Assembly (NCBI RefSeq): GCF_024521635.1
Contig: NW_026250408.1
Span: 62,001 to 126,000, forward strand
Direction: 5' to 3'
Source: Tricharina praecox
Taxonomy: Eukaryota
Length of the DNA: 64,000 nucleotides
Of the stretch, positions 53,344 to 64,000 are shown in pieces. Within the stretch, counting starts at the first letter, position 1. Every line of letters starts with the position of its first letter. A program made the translations under genes and the position numbers. The notes below the pieces were generated by a model. It did not search any database, was not told the origin of the DNA, and saw only the letters and a program-made list of their open reading frames with translations.

Positions 53344-54505
53344 ACCCCCCCCCCCCCCTGCTTGCATACCCTGCCCCACGACACTACTACACCACGGACG
53401 ACATTAAAATATCGACGACGACGACGATGCAATGGTTAGAACGATTATTGGAATTGGAGTTTCGCGGAATCTCCTATGTCTCGTCCTTTCCTACACCTTT
53501 TCTTACACCTTTTCTTTCACATTTTCTTTCACATTTTCTTTTGGCTTTTTTCGTTTTCTTTTTCAAGGGAGTTGTTGGGCTGGTTTGCTTTTATTTGTTG
53601 CATGCGATAAGGATAAGGATGGTCAAGGCGGGGGGGTTGGGTTCTGTATATATACTTTTCGACGAAAGAGGGGGAGAAAGGGAGTGGAAGGATGGGCTGG
53701 GCTGTGGGATGTCGGTTGGGAGCGGAGCTGTACATATCTACCTAGACGATGCAGGCGGCGGCGCAGGAAGTGCCTATCTACTCTATGGAAGGGGGTGTAG
53801 AATAAAATACATCAAGGTTGCAGACACTCATGGTTTCCGTTGCGATGGGCGGCGGTGGCGGTCTGTCGGCTAGGGCAACATTCGACGTCACTCGTGAATT
53901 TGAGATTATCTTTGAAACGGTCAATTGCATGCAACCTGAGTATCTGGATCATGGACAATACACTCCGTCTTCATATCCACAGCCATATCCAGTCCATCTC
54001 AACCTCCGTCAAGCGGCCCGATAGGTCGATGAGTCAATGACCCATGTATGTTTTGTACATAGCCTCCCCTCCCCGAGTCCCCTCAGCCCTCGCCCCGATG
54101 GGCTATGACCGCCGTGGCCCCGCATCACTCGCGAATCCGGGATTCCGTAAATCCGGGTTATATATCCCGGTTGTATATCCGGATGACAAATCACTAGAGT
54201 AGTGTACCAGACCCCGGTATGCAGGATGATATCTCATGTTTTGGGTTACACCCACGTCGAGTGTCGAGTCTGTTGGGGGGGGGGGGGGGGGGGGGGGGTG
54301 ATGCGACACTCGCAAGTCGCCAGTCGCGATAAGCAACGGGAAATTCCCTCACAACCGACGACCGTCTGTATGACATGAATCCGTCAAGACACCTACGTTC
54401 TACCCGGAGAATAGGAAACCTAACTCAAGTCTCGCATTCCCTCTTCACCGTATCATCGGACGCCGACTCCCCGTGCGCGGTATTCTCCTCTGCCAGTGAC
54501 GGGAA

Positions 54506-57068
54506 AGTACCGTCAAGTGTTCAGTGTCTTTCAAGTTTCTGGCCAGTTTCTGCCTAGTTTCTGCCTAGTTTCCAGCTCGCCGGCCGATGCGTCGATGCGT
54601 CGATGACAAAGCGATCGCTCACCCTCCCTCCTGCGCTCCCTCCTGCGCACGGCGGACGGCGGATGTACGTTCCTTCACAAACCTGATTGGTTAGTTATGG
54701 GCCCTTCTGTGCGCACTGCGTGGAAACTCAACTTCAGTCTTCAGTCTTCATTCTTCGGCAGCTGTGAACTAGCTTGGGACGCGCTGGGATAGGACGGGTT
54801 GGGCTGGGCTGAGCCGGGTTAAAGTGGAGGTGGAGGTGGAGGTCGAGGTGGAGGTAGAGGTGTTACACAGGTCCCATGCGGCATAACTGCGGCATAACTA
54901 ATCTTCCTTTGCAGTCTTGCAGTCTTGCAGATAAACCAGGATGCGCCCTGCGGTCCTGCGGGCTGCGGGCCTGCGCGTGGACTCGGGAGTCTGGAGTGGG
55001 GTCTGGAGTTGTGCAGATGGACGGCGGACGGCGGACGGCGGACGGCGGACCGTGCCAATGTACGGGCGGGCGATGGCCACTGGGAATGTGGCGTACCTAC
55101 CTAAGCTGTTGTTACTTTGTGTACTATAGAGCACGTGCGGAGCACACAGAACGTGGCGTATTGTACGAGTAATGGTACATATGATACCTACCTTGTTCGT
55201 CCAGCCCGCGAATGGAGTGGAGTGGAGTGTCAACTGTCACTCAGGCCGTAAGCCGCAGGCCGCAGAAAACGACTTTCAGTTCAAGTCTCAGACACTATGG
55301 GTGGATCAAAATATTCATTGAAATTCAGGCAGTAATTCAAGCAGTAATACAAAAACTCAGCAGCAACAATTATTCCTAGCAACCGCCAAACAAAAGCAAA
55401 AACAAAGCAAAAACACAGCAGAAAACAAAAACACAGCTATCTCGCGGATCGCATCGGGATCCTCGGCAGTGACGACGGCTTCCGCCTGATGGTGATGGTT
55501 CTGGACGACTTCGATGCCAGGCTGAGGCTGCTGGTTAGAAGCATGACGAACGGCGACTTGGATGCTATGCTCAGCCTCTTGGTCGGAAGCATGGCGAGCG
55601 ACTTGGTCGTCAATCGGACGCAGCTTCTACAAGTCAGTACAGCTCACGCAGTCGGGAGTGGATGTTAGAACGAACCTCGAAATTGACAGCAGCATGAGCC
55701 ACGGGCCGGGGAGCCTCCACATCCGGAAAACGATTTTCTCTGTGGACCCAAATTCCAGACAGGCTAATGCACCAGCGGCGTGGGCATTGGCGAGCTGCCG
55801 GAAAACGATTTCCTCTGTGGACCCAAATTCCAGACAGGCTAATGTACCAGCGGCGTGGGCATTGGCAAGCTGCCGGATCGTGATCCGGGAGTCAGCCATC
55901 GCCCACGCAACTGAACCCGCACAAATAATGCAAAGTTCTGCTGAGGAGGGAAGGCAGTTTATCCCCTGTAGTGAATAGTTAGCAGTGATCAACCGACAGC
56001 TTGAATTGAAGAACACTCACCATTGAAGGTGGTCGAACAGACAGCGCTGTGTGAAATTGGAAGCGATGGTGAGAAAACCACCTTCTACTGTGCAGCCCAG
56101 ATCCTGCTGGTTGCACCCCCGAGACTACCGGGGCAATTTTCGCTCTTGATCTTCGAGTTGCGTCCATTCCCCTCCCGGTATCCGCAGGGCAGCCTTGACT
56201 GCCTTCTCCTTCTTATCCTTCGTCCGCTTGTCGGACACGCACGCAACATTGTGCTATCATATCCCGCACTTAATATGTTAGCCGACTCTTCAAACCCGTT
56301 CGTTAACATGGCTGGTTGGTTAGACATACCCGAAAGCCGACGCCGACCCAAGTCTGTGCGTTGGAGAGTCGAGGGGAACGGGGTGGTGTGGCAGCGAATC
56401 AACCCAGTTGGTGTGGGCCGGTGTCGTCACCGGCCCAACCACCCCGCCCCCTCGAGGGGGGAGAAAAGCGACGGCCACGTTCTGCAACAACCATCATTTC
56501 CGCCGGCCGACTATCTCGATCATGGCCGCCGTGCAGATAAGATCATGGAGCGGTCCTATCTGCCAGAGCTAGTTCCTTGCCAGTTCACCCTGGGCGGGCA
56601 AAGCGGAAGGGAAGGGAAGGGAAAGTGAATTAAAAGGCGTGGAGTTGAGAAAGAAAGGTGGGTGGGAAATATTGCCCCGAAGGGCTGTGGGTGGATTGAT
56701 GTTAGGTGGATGTGTGTTGTGTTGAAGTGTAATGTGAGAGAAAGAGGAAGAGAAGGATGCGGCTTTGCTGCGGCTGGTTTTGTGGTGGATTGTGGGCCGT
56801 AGGGTTGGATATCGGAACCCTAACTCACACTTCCGGACATTCAAAAGGTTACCGGCATTGTTGGCTAGGGCAGTGCGATAACGTTGAACAGCAAATCCGG
56901 TTTTGGTTTGACTAGTGTGAAAGCCCCGAGTGATATCAATCACACAGAAGATATCAACGCAAGGTAACCCTCGGCACCGGTATCAAACTGCTAATTGCAA
57001 CGGTAGAAACGGACCCCCGAGAACCCGGGGAATCTGTTCCCGTACCAAGTTCAGACCCGTATTGTACA
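54506..57068 (-). repeat. Copy 2 of the 2.6 kb segment: inverted and in B-A order
   Basis: 54506-55178 = reverse complement of A; 55195-57068 = reverse complement of B. Example: 37-bp exact match 47419-47455 vs 56665-56701. Contains a private 75-bp tandem duplication at ~55723-55876. Confidence 0.85.
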
Positions 57069-57824
57069 AAGGCACCGTACCACTAGTCGTGGACAGCGGC
57101 AAACACCCCATCCTCATTCTGATACCCTTGAGAGTCGACTTCGCTCAATTGATCACACCTTTTAACCACCGTCTCACTAGTCGGAGGACCGAAGGCGGAG
57201 ACTGGTAGTAAACGCAGAGATCAAATCTCAAGAGATGGTATGTCCGTGTCCCCTCGTCCCCCTCTTTGCCGCCTTGAGCACATACCAGCAAAGAAGAACG
57301 CAAAGAAGCAAACTACAAAACTGCACATCTATCATATCGCCGGCTCGGCCCGCTTGTCACAAACTCAACCCCTTGCTAGCTACAAGGCTGATTCGTCCTT
57401 CGCTCGACCACAGTCTACCCCTACTAGGTAATAGTTGAAATCACTTGCTCTCCCGAGCGGCGTGTTCGCTTCTTCGGCAGCTATCGCGGGGGCTTACTGA
57501 GAAATTCGAATGACCTCATCTATAACTTACTCAGTGAGTGACATCGCATGATTGCCATCCATCCGTTGCCACAACACATACCATGATACCACCCTTATCA
57601 GTCCCTGATCACGATTCACGAACGCGCAAATGGGTATCAACCGTTCCATTATAACCAAAACTTCTCCTCTACATGGAGAACACGGGAACACGTACGCACG
57701 CCCAATTAGGTCCCTACAGACAGCAGCAGCGGTACATGTCCTCCTCTCCTCACCCCCACTCCTCTCCCCTCCCGCCTCCCATCCCCGTCTCGAGCCATCT
57801 CGGATCTCCCACTTCCAGCACCCA

Positions 57825-60673
57825 TCAGCCGGCACCATCATACCTCTCCCACCCCACGGGCGCATCAACGACCGCCTTCCTGGGGTCCATCCCGAACCTA
57901 TACCCCTCGAGTAGCGGCTCATGATCAATGCCGAGGTGTCTCTTCCCGTCTCTTCCCAAGTACCAACCAAAGCCGTAGCGCTTTCCCACCTTTGCCAGAC
58001 GTTTCTTCCTCTGCAGTGTGCTCTCCGTCTCCGTGCCCTCAAAGTCCGTGAGCATGCGCGACTGGTGTATGAACGCCAGTACGGACGAGATCGTCCCCGG
58101 CTGCCGCGGGAGAAACGGGTGCCGCCGGAAGTACAGCACTGCCCACTCCGTGATCAGCACGAGGACGAAGATGGCGATTGCGAGGCCGAACGAGATCGAC
58201 GAGGAGAGGTGGCTCTCCTCGCCGCCCTGCACGTCGAGCGAGCCCATGACGACGGTGAGCACCTCGATAAGGATCGTGACGGAGGTGACCCAAGCGAGGA
58301 GGAAGTGGCCCTTCGACAGGGCCTTGATGATGATGTACCCGGGAATCGTCGCGGAGTAGTCGAGTGTGAGCACGCTGCTGCCGGCGTTGCGGTGGAACAG
58401 CTGCCAGAACGGCTCGAGCATTCGCATGTCTTTCTCTAGCAGCTCCCAGACCGACTTGAGGAAGATGGAGATCCCCGTTATCACCCAGGGCGCTTTGTCG
58501 ATTATCACGTTGGCCGCCGGGTTGTATACCATGAACGGCAGCAGCGCGAGCATCAGGAAGCAGAAGAACATGAACGGGCCCATGCCCTTGATCCGGAGGA
58601 GTAGCGGGTGTGGGTTCATCGCGCGCGGGGCGGAGGCGTCGCCGTCAACATTGGCGTCGGCGAGGACCTCGGCCTGCCATAGTGCGCCCTTGTGGAGGAT
58701 GTAGGTGCGCTTCGCGAGCTGCTTATGGATGCGGTTTTCATCCGCCACATCGAGGTCGCGGAAGTCCATCAGGATGTGAGACTTATTCGCCATGGCGGCG
58801 ATCCCGGCAATGCCGCTGGGATCCCCGAGCAGTCCCGACCGGCGGTGCGTAAGCTTCCACACCACGTATATGGCGAGCACGACGATGACGGCAAGGTTCA
58901 CCTCCACCAGGCGCGTCCACACCGCGTCGACGACGAGACGCTTGATCGCGCTCTTGCCGCCGTCGGGGAGGCTCTTGCGCTCTTTCTGCGAGGGGTCCAC
59001 GCGGATCACGACGGAGAGGAAGATCGGCACTGTTGTGGATGCGAGGAAGGAGATCATTCCTCCCGCGGCGACAACAAATTGCCGGTACTTCAGTGCCGCG
59101 ATCGGGACCATCGGCGACCACACGGTGTGGTACTCGATGTTGAGGGATTCTGCGGCGAGGGCGCCAGAGGATCCTTTGCTGAGCTGGTAGTATGGCTCCG
59201 AGCGCTTCAGCTCTTCGTCCGTCACTTTCCAGAGGATACCGTAGACCACGCCGACGAGGGTCGGCACGTATTTCCAGATTGCAAATTGTAACGTTGTGAG
59301 ATGGTCGATCTTGATGTAGGAGAATAACCCGCCGCCCTCGGGAATGGGACCTTTTCGCAAGACATGCCGATCCGATAGCTGGTACAGGACCTCGACGGTG
59401 GCGATCATGATGATCGTCAATATTATCAACATCACCAGGTACCATGTCTGTAGTACTATCGGTTTCCAGTTGGGGACATGTCGGCCCGGTGGAAAGTAGA
59501 AGCTCTGTTTGTTGTAGGTATCGAACGTGCTAGCGCGGTGTATCGATCTTGTTTCCACTGTAGCCAACGGTTAGCGGGGCTTCGGGGGTGTCAAACAAGG
59601 TAATACCCACAGCTGCGGAAACTATTAAATCCACCTTCATCATTAAACCCCGACAATATCGACAGATCAATGGCCTCTCCGGTATCTGCGCTGTATCAGC
59701 CCCTCCCCGCTGCCATCGTCCATCTAGCCAAGTACCCACCTGTGTACGCTAGATTCTCATTAAACCCCGCGGTCTCCATCGCCTTCGCCGTCTGATGCGG
59801 CACCGTATACTCAGGCCCAAATGTGGAAACATCCATTCCGATGGGCATCTCCCTTTCCTCGAGCGCGCCCAGCTCCGTATAATCCTCATCGCCCAGCAAC
59901 CGACTCCTCCTTAACGTGCCCCACCTCCCCGCCCCACCAGCCCCCGCCGACGTCCGACCCCGCGTCACAGTCCCGATGATACTCCTCCCCAGCCGTGTCG
60001 CCATACTCTCGTGTCGCGACATTCCCCCGTGGCCCGGCCCGTGCTCGTCAAACGCCAGCGTCATCCGCTTCCCTTTATCCTTCGGCTTATCCACACGCTC
60101 CTCGCGGTCCCCACGCTCCTCGACCTCGACCCCGCCCCCCTTCTTAACCGGCGAAAGCGGCACATTCTCCACATCCACATCCGCCTCATCATCATCCAGC
60201 GTCGCGATACTGCCAAAGGTACTCTGCCGACTCAACGGGGGGATCGCAAAGTCCCTCTCTCTTGTGCCCGTGCCGGTGCCCACGCGCGCGGCGCTCGGCG
60301 GCAGGGGCGCAATCCACGCGCCCATCGAGGGGACCTCGACGGTGGACGCGGTACGTGGGCGGATGTGTGGCATCACCGTCGGCTGCAGTCGCGGCGACGA
60401 CTCCGGGCTCTCGAAGAACTCGCCGCCGTACACGCCTACGCCTACGGGCGGCATGCCCGCTGTGGCTGGGGACTCGTACGGCGAGAACGGGTACGACACG
60501 GGCGCGGGCGCCGGCGAGGTCTGCGCGCGCTGCCGCCGCGAGGGGGCGTGGCCATCGGTGTCCGAGAAGTCGTGCTCGTCGTAGCTGTACACGGGATCGA
60601 ACGGCTCGGTCACCGTGGACGAGAAGCGTGGTCGCGGGCGAGGGCGCGGGCGCGCCGGATGCGGGGCGGACAT
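57825..60673 (-). CDS. Multi-pass membrane protein, DUF3433-type (~890 aa); 2 exons
   Basis: Phase-1 intron 59558-59739 joins ORFs 59696-60673 and 57825-59567. Duplicated motif KRSEPYYQL / RMLEPFWQL followed by LxxxY, plus DPSGIAG / QPGTISS; ~10 hydrophobic segments. Confidence 0.8.
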
Positions 60674-63028
60674 CGGCTTAGCGAGGTGCCTGCCGAAGGG
60701 TAGTTCGGACTAGATATGGAATGTAGCGACCTGGCTCTAGCGTAGTTTAGTTATGGGCGGGGGGAGTCGAGGTGTCGAATTGGTGAAGAATATGGAGCAC
60801 AGCACAGCCCGCTTTGCGCATCGATATCGAATCTTGCCTCGCTCTTCTGGCAGCAGCAGCCGGACAGGGAACGCAACGAATACACAGTTGTCGGGTTGGG
60901 GAGTTACACGGATGAATGCGAAACGGATAAGGTGAGGGTGAGGGATGGGCAAACAACCCAGCCCATCCGTGATCTATAGGCAGATTGCTGACTTTTGGGG
61001 GTGGCTGCACGGTCGCTATAGATAGAAACTCCTCTGGCTGACACCGATGGGGATGGGATGATGCGGATGCGGAATCTGCCAGGCCTGTGTGGACGCCTAA
61101 GATCTCGGGAGATGGAGAGCACGTGTATGTATGGTATCTAGAGTATCTAGAGTATCTAGGGTGTGTACCTTCCAATCGATTCCTCACGAATCACTTCTCG
61201 TTCTTTCTTTCGTTCATACCGCGATGAAATTATCATCACGTATGAAACCACTCGTCAGCATAACACCCCTCCCCCGAGCCCCACTCCAGCGCTTAACTAG
61301 AGTGGTTTTCGGCTCCATCGAAAATCCGTTAGTTCCGTGCGGAGGACGCTAAGATGTCTCGGCGGCGGCTGCTTAGTGGCGATCCGGGTGCGTTATCGGT
61401 ACTCGCTAGTCCAACAAAGATAGGTACAGCGCTAAAACCCGAGTCCTGTCAGCCACATCTTGGCATCACGTGATACTTCATGTAGGCATCCGGCGCCGGG
61501 GACCCGCCAACGGGTGACCCACTCCCAGCACAAACATCTCTCGTTCTCCGCCATCGCCTAGGTGTTGCCATTGCTGGTGACATGATGTACTGTATTCTCG
61601 CATCTACAGAATTCTCCCGTGGACGACAAAAAAATAGGGGCACCATTTGCACTTACGCCCATCTGCACTAACACGTTGCTCCCAGCCGCAACCACGCCCA
61701 GCCACGCCCAGCCACACCAGCCATGTCCCAGCCACTAACTGTACCTATCTTTGTTAGAGAAGCGAGTACTTGGGCTTAGGCTGGCTTGGGGCTGAACCGT
61801 GGAGTCTCGATGGCGGGGCTGTGGGAGTGGGAGAGCATCGCGGTGACTTCTCTCAGCCGTCGGCTTGCTCTGTCATCTGTTTTGAGGCCAAAATCTTCAC
61901 CCCCATTCGCCCGCCGTCAACCCCATCCCCTCGAAAGCCCAGAAGAATCGCCCTCAGCCAGGCATCCATCAGTCTTTTTGATACCTCCCTTATTTCCAAG
62001 ACTTAATCGGGCGTCCACTCAAGCACCAAGCAAGCGCTCAAGTGACCTGCCTGGTCCCGAGGGCTGAAGGCTGAAAGCTGAAAGCTCACATACCAGGTAC
62101 ATACTATCCGCCGTCGCGGCGCCGGTGCAACCGCAGCTGTAGCTGCAGGTGTGCCAATGCTTCGATGCTTCAATGCTTCGAACGGGTTTGAGAAATAATC
62201 GTGCTGTGCGATGGGGAAGTTGATGGTTTCAGAAGCAGAATCAGAATCTATGTATGTAGATGTCGCTGAGTCGCCGACGCGTGTGTGGGACTCTGGGTTG
62301 GTGATGATAATTGGCGGCACGACGGGCCGGGGGCGCGGTCGCGGTCGCCGGTCACGGGAGAGTACTCTAGCCGAAGCCTAAAGGAAGGGGGATCGCGACT
62401 CGAGACTCACGACTCACGACTCAAAATTTCCTTCCCCATCCCTCGAACTTCAAACTTCGAAGTGTTGCGATTCTCGATGAAAAATTCTCGCCGAAAAGCC
62501 AACGTCGTCACTCGTCCAAACTTCAAGGAAGGTATTGCACATTTGTCATTGGTAATATTTGCACGCCCGGGGGCTGGAGAATCCTGTCTATCTCATGATT
62601 GCTTCTCCTTCCAAGACTGAAAGGAGGTGCAAGAGCGAGTGTCCTAGATATGGTCGGCAGGTGTTGATATGGATTACATGGTGGTTAGAACTGTGGCTGG
62701 TTTGCGTTTTCTCACGAATCTCACATCACATCACCAAAGGAACAAAACGTACTATGGCCAGCCAGTAAATTGTACTCTCCACATATCCCCAAATCCGCAT
62801 AGCTAGCAGATACGCAGCAGGCGATATACACGTACAAATAAAGAAAGTAACTCTGGTCAACAGCATTTCTCATCCCATCCCTCATCCCTCATCCATCATC
62901 CCATCCATCATCCCATCCATCATCCCATCCATCATCTCTCATACCACATCATCATCTCTCATACCCATACCCATCCAAAATCATAAACCCCCACCCCTCC
63001 CAACGCCGCCAACTCCAACACCGCCACC

Positions 63029-64000
63029 CTACTTCGTCCTCACCTCCAGCATACTCCCATTCTCCATCTCCTGGATCACGGGCTTCTTATACCCAGCGCT
63101 CCCCCATCCCCTCCAGCGCTTAATCGCCTTCCAGCCCTCGACGACACTCAAGTAGACAACACAGCACCCCACGACCACGCCCCACTCCCAGCTGATAGCC
63201 ATGTGCTTGAACACGACAGTGTTAAACACAGGGACATACACCACGGGGAAGGTGACAAAGAAGCCCGCAACGACCGCCCAGAACAAGAAGCGATTATACC
63301 AGACCGCATGGAAAACCGCGAACGGGCCGGTATGGCGCTCAGGGTTAAGCCGAAACAGCGAGCGGGTGAAGTGCTTCACCTCCCAAGCGGTGAGTAGGAG
63401 TAGGAACGAGAGGACGGAGAAGACTGTAGCGCGGGCGCGGAACACGGCGTCGCAGGTCTCGTTGTAGCCATGGTTGCAGTCGCGGCCGAGGTTGCCGTCG
63501 TTGGCGCCAAAGATGACGATGACGAAGGACACCAGACACAGGACCCCCATGGTTATCCCGTATAACATCTTGTCGATGATGACTTCCCACGTGAAGACGC
63601 CGGTGCGCAGGTCGTGCGGTGGACGCGTCATGACGTCGGGGCTGGCCTCCTCGAGGCCGAGGCCGAGTGCTAGGAACGACGACGTGATCATGTTGACCCA
63701 TAGGATCTCGAGCGGGGAAAGCGGGAAGACGGAGACTTTGTTCTGATCCTGGAAGGAGAGACCGATGAGGAGGAGGACAACTTGCGAGATGTTGGAGATC
63801 AACAAGTGCATGATGAACTTCTGGATGTTGTCGAACAGTCTTCGTCCCTCCTCGACGGCGCGGACGATCGATGCGAAGTTGTCGTCCGTGAGAACCAGAT
63901 CGGCGGCGTCCTTGGCAACGTCCGAGCCGCTGAGTCCCATGGCAATACCAACATCGGCTCTGGCGAGGGCTGGCGAGTCGTTGACACCATCACCGGTCAT
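63029..64000 (-). CDS. ENA: P-type ATPase, C-terminal part; most like fungal ENA (type IID) Na+/K+ efflux ATPases
   Basis: Hinge TGDGVNDSPAL, ADVGIAMG, DDNFASI, EEGRRLFDNIQKF, PLSPLEILWVNMITS, FRARAT. The gene continues beyond the window. Confidence 0.85.
   Translation of the reverse strand: MTGDGVNDSPALARADVGIAMGLSGSDVAKDAADLVLTDDNFASIVRAVEEGRRLFDNIQKFIMHLLISNISQVVLLLIGLSFQDQNKVSVFPLSPLEILWVNMITSSFLALGLGLEEASPDVMTRPPHDLRTGVFTWEVIIDKMLYGITMGVLCLVSFVIVIFGANDGNLGRDCNHGYNETCDAVFRARATVFSVLSFLLLLTAWEVKHFTRSLFRLNPERHTGPFAVFHAVWYNRFLFWAVVAGFFVTFPVVYVPVFNTVVFKHMAISWEWGVVVGCCVVYLSVVEGWKAIKRWRGWGSAGYKKPVIQEMENGSMLEVRTK

Noticed and set aside
54275..54298. G24 homopolymer near the edge of the permuted copy
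   Set aside because: About 200 bp from the junction; homopolymer runs occur elsewhere in the window (e.g. C14 at 53345), so no link can be supported.
46280..57100. Hammerhead ribozyme (retrozyme) as the explanation for the circular permutation
   Set aside because: I found no CUGANGA...GAAA core with supporting stems by eye, and the copies retain introns. An Infernal/Rfam scan would be needed to exclude it fully.

Overview
Filamentous ascomycete genomic DNA: short GT-AG introns with CTRAC branch points, a eukaryotic tRNA gene and fungal gene families. A Pezizomycete is my guess from gene content, not something the sequence proves. 1-13 kb is repeat-rich: a decayed integrase-core gene, an inverted duplication, a hAT-type MITE with a perfect 8-bp TSD, a TA-flanked Tc1/mariner-type element whose empty site is preserved in an adjacent duplicate, and solo-LTR-like inserts. 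17.8-32.6 kb looks like a fungal innate-immunity/heterokaryon-incompatibility locus. It holds an apparently intact HeLo-like + ankyrin-array gene, a SesB-like lipase, and a HET-E-like NACHT-WD40 NLR carrying a frameshift and a nonsense codon. The lipase stop overlaps the NLR start (ATGA), and the lipase C-terminus and NLR N-terminus share a candidate amyloid-signalling motif. 34-46 kb holds orphan-like genes and a ubiquitin-like-domain pseudogene. A ~2.6 kb segment (46.4-49.0 kb) recurs at 54.5-57.1 kb inverted and circularly permuted, flanking tRNA-Trp(CCA) and a GNS1/SUR4 elongase. The window ends with a DUF3433-type membrane protein and the C-terminal part of an ENA-type P-type ATPase. All domain calls come from motif recognition by eye; no searches were run.
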